From positions 1 through 64,000 of the IMG/VR virus record IMGVR_UViG_3300011008_000016: 64,000 nt of DNA. The stretch is one strand, 5' to 3'. The translations under genes and the position numbers were made by a program. The number at the start of each line of letters is the position of its first letter. Within the stretch, counting starts at the first letter, position 1. Of this stretch, positions 40,850 to 49,800 are shown piece after piece. The notes under the pieces are model-generated. The model was not told the origin of the DNA. It worked only from the letters and a program-made list of their open reading frames with translations, and searched no databases. Source of the stretch: a virus (taxonomy: Duplodnaviria > Caudoviricetes).

Positions 40850-43153
40850 ATGATTTTAGCAGAAGGCATCACAGTTGATGACGATGGGTTTGATCCCAGC
40901 AAAATCGAAGAGGGTCCTACCGAGAAAGCAAAGGAGATAATGGCAATGCTCAAAGATAGTATCTTTGTCATTGACGATATTATCAACAAAGGAAAGGAAC
41001 TCGGTGAGGAGAGACACGATCCTGATTATTATATGGAATATTATCAGGATTTTTACATGAAGATGGTTGTTATGGAGCTCCATGGATTTGAGCATAAAGA
41101 GTTCAGAGAGTTTCCAGTGTATTTTAAGTTTCATAATGACCCAGGTGAACCATTGAAACATTTGGAGTTTCGGTATTTTGTTCTGAATCTGGCATTTTGG
41201 TATCCACTTGTAACCGCTGATCCATCCAAACTCAGTGATGAGCATATTGTCACGCGGGATATGGGTTATCATATGAATGCAAAGTTCATTGCCGATTATA
41301 TGAATAAGTATTATGCGAAACCCTATGCAAGAAAGATTGATTATCGGAGAAGGAGTGAAACATTTGCCGATGTCAATTTCTTATTAAATAAGATTCCGTT
41401 GAAGTTCAATCAGTTTATTGGACTTTCAATTAATATAGAAGAACTTCGAGATATGGCAAAGAGAATGCCGGGATTCAAAGAAGGTCTCTATGTAAAATTA
41501 GACGAGACGAAGCAGCCAGCCGAGCAGGAAGCTCAGAAGAAAGCATATGATAAAGCTCAGATTGATAGAACTGAGCATGATGAAGTTCTTACGACTTATC
41601 GGGCTATGGTCGGAAGTCATTCTGCAAAGGTGGCTCAGTTATCTGAGTTTGTTTCTATCATTGGTGGGAAACCAGACGAAAATGGTAAGACTATTGCGAC
41701 ACCAATTAACAATAATTATGTTACAGGAAATCTTGGTTCCATTCCGAAATATTATATCAATAATATATCTGGACGAAAGGCAGCAGTAACAAACCATGAA
41801 TTTATGGGACCGGGTGGTTATGTATTGATTCTTGTAGCACTTCTTAGTGCTCAGGTAAAACTCAGTAAAACCGTGACAGATTGTCATAGTGCAAACCCTA
41901 TTCCAATCCTTATTCAGTCCGATGACCATCTATATCATTTGGATGGAAGACGTTATCGTTTTAATCAATCGGATTCGTATAAAATCATTGACTATGATAC
42001 GGATAAAGATTTGATTGGACAATGGGTTTGGTTGCGTTCTCCAGTTACTTGTTGTGCACCAGACGGCGTATGTAAAGAATGTTATGGAGAACTTTATCAC
42101 ACGAATAAGGATTTGTATTCTGCGGGTTGTTACGCAGCCTTTACAGAATTTAACCCTATCGTTCAGGGATTGTTGTCAGCAAAACATTTCCAAGGGACTT
42201 CATCTAAGATGATTAACTTTGGACCAGAATTTGACAAATATCTCATTATTGCCACGACCGATATCATGTTAAATCCGAATCTTGAAGATATGGAACTTTA
42301 TTCAATCGTTATCTTAATGGATGACTTAGAGTCATCTGATTATGCGAGTGACGATGATGATATTGAGAAGAATAAGAAGTTTGGTGGTAATAACAAGAAA
42401 AAGAAGAAGCGGAACAATGATGAAGACTTTGATGATTTTGACGGCGAATTTGGTAGTTCTTCCGATGATGAGGGGGAATATCGGTTGAATTATTATGTGC
42501 CAAAGTTTTATGTCGTCAAGAATCTTCACAGTAAGAAGAAAGAATATGTTGAGATTACGGAGTTTATTGACCCGAATACAAAAGAACTTTATATGCATGA
42601 AGACTTCTTGAAGAGAATGTCTGAAGGTGCATTGGATTTGTTTGACGGTCGACAGTATCTGTATCTTGATTTTGGTGATATATCGTTTGAAGAATTCATC
42701 TTTATGGTGGATGTGAAAAATAATGAGTTGACGGCTCCAATGAAGAAGATTCAGGCATTGATTCATAATCAGAATCATGCAGGTGCAACAACTTATGAAG
42801 AGATGGTTCAGATGATGCTCGATCTCACGATTGAATCAAAGATTGATGCGGCATCCGTACACGGTGAAATGATTATACGTCAATTAGTTAGAAGACCTAT
42901 GAATCAGCAGCTTCGTCCTGATTTCTCAAGGATTGTAATGCCTGAGGATTATGTACTTCTATCGGTTCTTGTTGCGTTAAAGCAAAATCCATCATTCACT
43001 GTATCTATGTCGGCATCTTATTTGAAATATCAGTTGGTTCAGCTTACGAGCACATTTGACAAATACGAATCATCTGATTTTGACTGGTGGTATCGCCGGA
43101 ACATTGAATTGGATGAGAACATGATTTATTACAGCGAGGAAAGTGAAGAATAA
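40850..43153 (+). CDS. rpoC: RNA polymerase beta' C-terminal subunit (probably non-virion RNAP)
   Basis: Zn site LRSPVTCCAPDGVCKECYG, trigger loop QGLLSAKH, VHGEMIIRQL (cf. KHIEVIVRQM); no DFDGD; SF2 helicase nearby as in phiKZ gp74-gp75. Confidence 0.85.
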   Translation: MILAEGITVDDDGFDPSKIEEGPTEKAKEIMAMLKDSIFVIDDIINKGKELGEERHDPDYYMEYYQDFYMKMVVMELHGFEHKEFREFPVYFKFHNDPGEPLKHLEFRYFVLNLAFWYPLVTADPSKLSDEHIVTRDMGYHMNAKFIADYMNKYYAKPYARKIDYRRRSETFADVNFLLNKIPLKFNQFIGLSINIEELRDMAKRMPGFKEGLYVKLDETKQPAEQEAQKKAYDKAQIDRTEHDEVLTTYRAMVGSHSAKVAQLSEFVSIIGGKPDENGKTIATPINNNYVTGNLGSIPKYYINNISGRKAAVTNHEFMGPGGYVLILVALLSAQVKLSKTVTDCHSANPIPILIQSDDHLYHLDGRRYRFNQSDSYKIIDYDTDKDLIGQWVWLRSPVTCCAPDGVCKECYGELYHTNKDLYSAGCYAAFTEFNPIVQGLLSAKHFQGTSSKMINFGPEFDKYLIIATTDIMLNPNLEDMELYSIVILMDDLESSDYASDDDDIEKNKKFGGNNKKKKKRNNDEDFDDFDGEFGSSSDDEGEYRLNYYVPKFYVVKNLHSKKKEYVEITEFIDPNTKELYMHEDFLKRMSEGALDLFDGRQYLYLDFGDISFEEFIFMVDVKNNELTAPMKKIQALIHNQNHAGATTYEEMVQMMLDLTIESKIDAASVHGEMIIRQLVRRPMNQQLRPDFSRIVMPEDYVLLSVLVALKQNPSFTVSMSASYLKYQLVQLTSTFDKYESSDFDWWYRRNIELDENMIYYSEESEE

Positions 43154-43168
43154 GGAGGTTTAAAGACA

Positions 43169-43558
43169 ATGGCAAAATCTGAAGAGCAGAAGAAGGTTTT
43201 TACGATTGCAAAGACCAAGAAAGGACGTACTGTACTTCGTATTAATGAAGGACAGTTTGTATTGGATGAGAAAGAACAATATCGATTAATCCGGTTCTTT
43301 AATCGAATTTGCGATCCACAGACGTTACCGTATCCGGAGAGTGGTTCATCTACTTATATCACATACGATAATGGTATTAATGCCGTTACGTTATCGGCTG
43401 GGCGGTTAGACAATGCTGTAACAAAGTTCTTCCTCAACGTAGTCTATATGACCCCTAATAATCAGGGGTATAATTCGGATGCCTTCTTCTTGAACAGGGC
43501 AACCGTGGAGAACTATATGCAGGTTCTGGGTACAGAATTAGGAGCCACCCAGTTGTAA
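43169..43558 (+). CDS. Hypothetical protein (129 aa)
   Basis: AAGGAGG RBS. Confidence 0.75.
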   Translation: MAKSEEQKKVFTIAKTKKGRTVLRINEGQFVLDEKEQYRLIRFFNRICDPQTLPYPESGSSTYITYDNGINAVTLSAGRLDNAVTKFFLNVVYMTPNNQGYNSDAFFLNRATVENYMQVLGTELGATQL

Positions 43559-43687
43559 AACATTTGAACGGACAGTTTTTATCGTTATAATATTGAGGAG
43601 GTAGATGGATGAACTACCTCCTCATTCTTTTTTACGTAGACTTTTACACGGTTATAACGATATATAAAATAAAGGAGTGATATAACA

Positions 43688-45142
43688 ATGCGGAAGAACA
43701 AGATATATGCGTTCAATACGCATTACGAAATATATGATTACTCATTAGGTGATAACGTTAGATTGGAACGCTCTCTTACGTATCATGATTATGCAGCATT
43801 TACGGACCATCCAAAATATCTTTATGACAAAGTAGAACGTATCCTTTATATTCCAAGAGGGTATGACGATGCATTTTTAGAAGAATGGAATGAAAAACCT
43901 GTTACAATAATAGATAATGAGACAAATGAGTTTCGAACGGATTATGTAATGGAAAAACCACCAAGGGATACAAATGAAGAAAAAGCGATTCGATTTTTAG
44001 TAGGAGAAGGAGAGTTTTCTGGTTTACGATTAAGTCCGCAGAAAGTATTGATTATGCCACCTGGTATGGGAAAGACATATTGTACAATAGCGGCTATCCA
44101 AAATCTCCATACAAAGTCTCTTATCATTATGAAAACTCAAACTTTGAAAGACCAATGGGTAGCAAGATTTAAAGAATATACGAATCTTGGTGGACCAAAT
44201 ATTGTAGACATATATTCATCAGATTTTCTTCATGGATATATGAGAAAAAAACCAAGCAAGAATCAAAAAGTATTCATTGTAACAAGGAAACTATTAATCT
44301 CTTATTGTGAAAGATATGGAGCAACGGCTTTACAAGAGGTGATCGAACGATTAGGAATTGGTGTTAAGGTATTTGATGAGGCTCATCAAGAATATGCGAT
44401 GACTCTTCTGATAGATTATTGCACTAATGTAAAAAGAACCTTCTATCTTACTGCCACATTCCAGTTATCAAATTATGGAGATAATAAAGTCTTTCAGACT
44501 GCGTTTTATAAAGTACCTAAACTCAAGTTAAAGCAAAGCGATGATGCAAGGCATATCACTTATATAGCAGTACTTTTTAATAGTCACCCTAACTCTGTTG
44601 ATGTAGCAAGAGTAACTGGTGGAAAACGAAAGTACAATAAGTATGCATACGTTGAGTATGAATTGAGAAAGGGTATTTTAGAGAAAGAAGTCCGTAGACT
44701 TATTAGTTTCTTTCTCAATGAAAAACAAATGTCTGGTAAAACTCTTATACTATCGTCCAAGAAGACGACTTGTGATTTCTTTAAAGAGGTTGCTAATGAA
44801 GAAACAGATGGTAGATTCAATGTATGCTCTTTCTATACAGGAAACAAAGTAGATAATTATAAAAGTTACGATATCATTACTGCTACGTCTGGTATGCTTG
44901 GTACGGGTGAAGACATTCCAGAATTAAGATTCATGCATAATACAGAACCTGGGGCATCTTTGCCAAATACAGATCAATTTTCTGGTCGATTAAGACCTTA
45001 TGAAGACGGTACAAAACCAACGTATTATATTGAGTATATTGATGTAGGTTTTGATAAGCTTTATGATTGGTACCAACATAGAGCAAGATTACTCAAGAAG
45101 AAGGTAAAAGAATGTAAAGAGTTGAACCACGTTATGATATAA
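43688..45142 (+). CDS. SF2 DEAH-box helicase
   Basis: Walker A MPPGMGKT, DEAH, LTAT, GTGEDIP, QFSGRLR. Confidence 0.9.
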   Translation: MRKNKIYAFNTHYEIYDYSLGDNVRLERSLTYHDYAAFTDHPKYLYDKVERILYIPRGYDDAFLEEWNEKPVTIIDNETNEFRTDYVMEKPPRDTNEEKAIRFLVGEGEFSGLRLSPQKVLIMPPGMGKTYCTIAAIQNLHTKSLIIMKTQTLKDQWVARFKEYTNLGGPNIVDIYSSDFLHGYMRKKPSKNQKVFIVTRKLLISYCERYGATALQEVIERLGIGVKVFDEAHQEYAMTLLIDYCTNVKRTFYLTATFQLSNYGDNKVFQTAFYKVPKLKLKQSDDARHITYIAVLFNSHPNSVDVARVTGGKRKYNKYAYVEYELRKGILEKEVRRLISFFLNEKQMSGKTLILSSKKTTCDFFKEVANEETDGRFNVCSFYTGNKVDNYKSYDIITATSGMLGTGEDIPELRFMHNTEPGASLPNTDQFSGRLRPYEDGTKPTYYIEYIDVGFDKLYDWYQHRARLLKKKVKECKELNHVMI

Positions 45143-45163
45143 TTGAAAGGAGATAGATTTGAT

Positions 45164-45460
45164 ATGGTAAATTCTGTTAAGTCAGATAAATTTCCATTGG
45201 ATGATGCCACATTAAAGCAACTTATCCTTGATGCTGCTTGTAAAGCAGAAGCGATAGCAAGGGCTTTAGATAAGCATACTCATCCTGTTCATGGGGGTAA
45301 AATAGTTCCATATGGGGATACAATGGCTGAAATGAAAAAGGTACAAGGGGAATCTCCGTATAAAAGTGGATATGCTGCGGCAAAGGGAGAAAGCGCTCCT
45401 GCGAATAGTGATGAAGCGTATCTCAGAATGTTTACAAGGAATCTCATTACTCCTTCATAA
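45164..45460 (+). CDS. Hypothetical protein
   Basis: AAAGGAG RBS; hairpin 45469-45509 follows. Confidence 0.65.
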   Translation: MVNSVKSDKFPLDDATLKQLILDAACKAEAIARALDKHTHPVHGGKIVPYGDTMAEMKKVQGESPYKSGYAAAKGESAPANSDEAYLRMFTRNLITPS

Positions 45461-45600
45461 CAAGAGAGGAAGAAGATGTATTGGATGACAGCTCCCAATA
45501 CATCTTCTTTAATGAGTAAATGATTCTTATTATTTTGTATATGTATATATTATTCACTATATACATCTATAAAACTTTATTTAAAAGAAAGGAGATAATT

Positions 45601-45846
45601 ATGTTAGATAGCGAGCGGTTTCAGAAGTTCTATAAAGAGGTTGAATTTTTCCTTAACAATGCTCCGTTTGAGGAAGATTGTTCTAATGAGGAAAACTCTA
45701 TTTATTGTGAACTTGCGAACTTAAAGGATGCCATTGAAGATTATCAACATAGCAAGAAAAAGAAACCTGTTGATATAAAGGTACAAGACTCCACTACCGG
45801 ATATGATAAAGAAATTTGGAAAGGGGCGGGAGTCGAAGTGAGGTGA
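45601..45846 (+). CDS. Hypothetical protein (81 aa)
   Basis: AAAGGAG RBS before ATG 45601; TATATTA upstream. Confidence 0.7.
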   Translation: MLDSERFQKFYKEVEFFLNNAPFEEDCSNEENSIYCELANLKDAIEDYQHSKKKKPVDIKVQDSTTGYDKEIWKGAGVEVR

Positions 45847-45850
45847 TACT

Positions 45851-46273
45851 ATGGGAAAATTTCAAGAAACACGTAATCGTTTTATGAAAGAAATGCAAGC
45901 AACTGGAAAAGATCCTGAGGAAGTTTCAAGACAAAATCTTGCAAATCAAATTATCATGGATCAATTGTTTCATTTCAATTCTGATGATGTGGATGATGAC
46001 GTAAGCTTATCACCAGAACAAGAAGCACGTATTGATGAAATATATAATGCGTGTTATGACTTTTGTAAAATCCTTGCCGATAAAGAAGATTTGGAATGGA
46101 GTATGTATTCCATAGGCGAGATTGTGGATACTGCCTGTCGCATGTTACTTATTGATCCTGCACTTGGAATAGATAAAATATATTTTCCAGCTTATGTTGA
46201 TAACGAATGCTATGGAGAAGAAACGATAGAAGATTATGTGACTTCAGAAGACTTTGAATACGGAGAATTCTGA
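45851..46273 (+). CDS. Hypothetical acidic protein (140 aa)
   Basis: GAGGTG RBS. Confidence 0.7.
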   Translation: MGKFQETRNRFMKEMQATGKDPEEVSRQNLANQIIMDQLFHFNSDDVDDDVSLSPEQEARIDEIYNACYDFCKILADKEDLEWSMYSIGEIVDTACRMLLIDPALGIDKIYFPAYVDNECYGEETIEDYVTSEDFEYGEF

Positions 46274-46280
46274 AGTTATG

Positions 46281-46327
46281 GAGAAGACTGGGATTTCCGT
46301 TTGGATTTCCCAGTCTTCTCTTTTTTA
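46281..46327. terminator. Bidirectional terminator
   Basis: GAGAAGACTGGGA/TCCCAGTCTTCTC plus T-run, between convergent genes. Confidence 0.85.
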
Positions 46328-46834
46328 TAGTAATACCAGTTTGTCAAGTTCCAATGATCTTCTCATATCAATTGTCCTCTGGTTAGAAGAACCTTTGAAC
46401 ACGAGCATCATATCTTTTTTGTCCATCTCGAATGGTCCATCCACTAAGACATCAATGTATGATAAGAATTCATATAGATTTAGAATTGTTTCCATTTTTT
46501 GTGTCATTATGGTCTTATACGTATAACCGCTAAAACACCACAAGTCTTTTGTATCTCCGAATTCCTTACGGAAACGTCGAGTCAATGGTAATAAACCTTC
46601 TACATTATCCAATGGTTCTCCACCAAGAATTGATAATCCTTGATACATCGGATTTCGTAAATCATCTATTATATACTCAATGTCATTTCTTGTGAATTCT
46701 TTACCATAATTAAAGTCCCAAGCAACTTTATTGAAACAATCTGGACAATGTATAGTGCAGCCAGATACGAATAAAGACAGTCGTATACCTGGTCCATTTG
46801 CCACATCAAAATGTTTTATGGTCGCAAAATTCAT
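46325..46834 (-). CDS. nrdG: Anaerobic ribonucleotide reductase activating enzyme (radical SAM)
   Basis: DVANGPGIRLSLFVSGCTIHCPDCFN (CxxxCxxC), GGEP, DVLVDGPF, GSSNQR. Confidence 0.95.
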   Translation of the reverse strand: MNFATIKHFDVANGPGIRLSLFVSGCTIHCPDCFNKVAWDFNYGKEFTRNDIEYIIDDLRNPMYQGLSILGGEPLDNVEGLLPLTRRFRKEFGDTKDLWCFSGYTYKTIMTQKMETILNLYEFLSYIDVLVDGPFEMDKKDMMLVFKGSSNQRTIDMRRSLELDKLVLL

Positions 46835-49545
46835 AGATGTAATACCCTATCCGCAATTTCTTGCGTCCTTCCTTGATTCCAGTACTGAGTTCCTATGTCA
46901 TTGCTTACCCTCGGTTTCCCGATACTTGCAAAGGGGATTAGAGTACACAATCCTTGTATTTCTACAAGTTGAGAATTATACTCGTTGAACGTCCTCCATT
47001 TTACAGGAGTTTCGCTGCGTCTGGGAGACTTGCACTCCCGGTTATCCCTATCCACACCAGTTTTTATGGTCTCTATGATTTCTCACTAATGAGCTTAAAG
47101 CTCGTGCCACCGTCACGTTTGTCGTTTCCAACTCCGTTGTGGTCGATGTGGGTTATGGGGATTTTCCCGCAATTTATCTCATTTAACGTGGCCGCATAGG
47201 ATTGTTCAGCCACAAGTACGTCTGGCTACAGACATTTTTGACTGGTCTCGATTTCCACAGTTAGGGCATTCCCAAACTAATTTACCATTATCATCTTTAA
47301 CTATCTTAATCTCGCCATCAAATCCGCAACAGGAACAATAGTCAGATTTAGTATTCAGTTCTGCGTACACGATATTTTCATATATAAATTTCATAACGCT
47401 TAATACCGCAGGAATGTTATTTTGAAGATTTGGTACTTCCACATAACTAATTGCTCCTCCAGGTGATAATTTCTGGAAATCAGATTCGAATTTCAGTTTC
47501 GAGAAAGCATCAATTTCTTCTGATACATGAACATGATAGCTATTAGTAATGTAATTTTTGTCAGTAACTCCTTTAATGATTCCAAACCGCTTCTGTAAAC
47601 ATTTTGCAAACTTATAAGTAGTTGATTCAATAGGTGTACCATAAACGGAATAACTGATGTTTTCTTCAGCTCTCCACTGGGCACACTTATCATTGAGCAT
47701 CTGCATAACTTTCAAACTGAATTCTCTACCTTCATCGGAAGTATGTGATTTTCCAGTCATCCTTACGCACATCTCATAGAGTCCGGCGTATCCCAATGAA
47801 ATTGTACTATAATTGTTATAGAGTAATCTATCAATGGTTTCACCTTTCTTTAGTCTTGCAAGGGCACCATGCTGCCAGAGAATCGGCGCAACATCAGATA
47901 CCGTACCCTTGAGCCTTTCATGTCGAATCCTTAGAGCTTTATGACAAAGTTCCAATCTTTCTTCAAGAATATTCCAGAATTTGTTCGTATCTCCGTAAGA
48001 AGAACAGGCAACATCAACCAAGTTAATGGTAACTACACCCTGATTAAATCTTCCATAGTACTTATGTTCTCCGTTTGGTCCAAGACCTTCTATATCTGGG
48101 GTAAGGAAAGACCGACACCCCATACATGTATATACATCGCCATTCTTATACTCTCTCATCTTTTTAGCTGAGATATAATCTGGTACCATCCTCTTGGCAG
48201 TACATTGAGCCGCAAGTTCTGTAAGATACCAATACTTGGAATCCTCTGTCACATTATCTTCATCTAATACGTAGATAAGTTTCGGGAATGCTGGTGTTAC
48301 CCATTGACCCTGTTCATTTTTAACACCCTGCTTCCTCTGAATAAGAACTTCCTTAATGATTGCAGCCAAATCATCTCTTGTTTGACCTTCTTCAACTTCA
48401 TCCAAATACATAAACATTGTGACAAATGGAGCCTGTCCGTTGCATGTCATCAGTGTAATAATTTGGTACTGAATTGTCTGAATTCCTGCTTTAATAACTT
48501 CCTTTAATCGCATCTCTGTAATTTTAGAGACCTTTTCCGAAATTGGCTCATCTCCACAAGCTTCAAATTCATCAATTACGCTTTGACGAATTTTCTGACG
48601 AGATATATCCACAAACGGTGCCAAGTGAGCCAATGAAAATGATTGACCACCATATTGATTGGATGCTACTTGTGCAATAATCTGAGTGGCAATATTACAA
48701 GCGGTTGTGAAACTATGAGGTTTCTCAATGAGAGTTTGTGAAATCACAGTTCCATTCTGTAACATATCTTCCAAGTTCAATAAATCGCAGTTATGACTTT
48801 TTTGCGCGAAATAATCGGTATCATGGAAATGAATAATACCTTCTTCATGTGCTTTTACAATATCCTCAGGAAGAAGCATTCTTTTAGAAATGTCACGGGA
48901 TACTTCTCCTGCCATATAGTCTCTTTGAGTTGAAATGATAACAGGATTTTTGTTTGAATTCTCCTGTTTCATTTCTTCATTATCATCATTGATGAGATTT
49001 AAAATGGCTTCATCAATTGTATTTGATTTACGAGACAATTCTCTTTTATAGCGATATCTGATATATGCCTGAGCCAGCTCTTCGTATCCTTCACGACGCA
49101 TCAATGCAATTTCTACTTTATCCTGTATATCTTCAACACTAACCGCATGAGTTGATTTTGAAACTGCTCCGCTGATTTCCTGAGCGATTCTTTGAACCTC
49201 TATACAAGGAAGTTTCCTGCTCACTGTATCATTTGCCTTTTTAATGGCATTAACAATTTTCTTCGCATCAAATTTAACTTCCTTACCATTTCGTTTGATA
49301 ACATTGATGTTGATATTTCCATTTGCTTCTTCGGGTGTTGCATAAAACATACTTTCGAACCAATCAACTTTGTTTGTTACTCTGTAATGAGTATAAGCAC
49401 CCTCTGTTTCCATACAAATTGCTTCTAATTCATCGTTCTTTTTGTAGTTATGGATAACCCTCTCTATTCTCATTTTGATAGGGTAACCCTCCTCTGCTAA
49501 CATATACCAAATAGTCCCGAGTGTAAACTTGTTATTGTTGTCCAT
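46831..49545 (-). CDS. nrdD: Anaerobic (class III) ribonucleotide reductase; two exons, join(47208..49545, 46831..46898), 801 aa spliced
   Basis: ATP cone VIKRNG, IHFHD, MGCRS, GRFNQGVVTINL, two CxxC; splicing restores RRTCG-YIGTQYWNQGRTQEIADRVLHL. Confidence 0.95.
46899..47207 (-). mobile_element. Group I self-splicing intron (309 nt, no homing endonuclease ORF)
   Basis: P1 GUGGCU/GGCCAC with U-G at the 5' splice site; P10 UCCUAUG/CAUAGGA; P4 UUGCG/CGCAG; P7 GAGUA/UACUC; P8 CUUGUA-GAAA-UACAAG; P9 UCGG-GAAA-CCGA; terminal G. Confidence 0.93.
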
Positions 49546-49581
49546 CGATGTGAACCTCCTTTTGGTAAAATTTGTATAAAA

Positions 49582-49633
49582 TAACTAACCAAGATGACCC
49601 GTTTTCTTATTACGTAATCATCTTGGTTAGTTA
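49582..49633. terminator. Terminator hairpin after the portal gene
   Basis: TAACTAACCAAGATGA/TCATCTTGGTTAGTTA. Confidence 0.75.
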
Positions 49634-49800
49634 CAATCTTTAATTGAGAGAAATCAATCAAACCCGCAAAATAATCTATTTTAATTTGGTTTTCGGTTGT
49701 TGAATTTCCCAATACAATAAGCTTTGTAGCTAAATCAGAACTGTTTCATAGAGTCATTTCGACCCATTAAGATTTTGTTAATAGAATGGTCAAAACCTAC

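Noticed and set aside
46831-47055. 74-aa ORF, and an apparent nrdD truncation or TGA readthrough
   Set aside because: It is intron sequence running into exon 2; splicing explains both.
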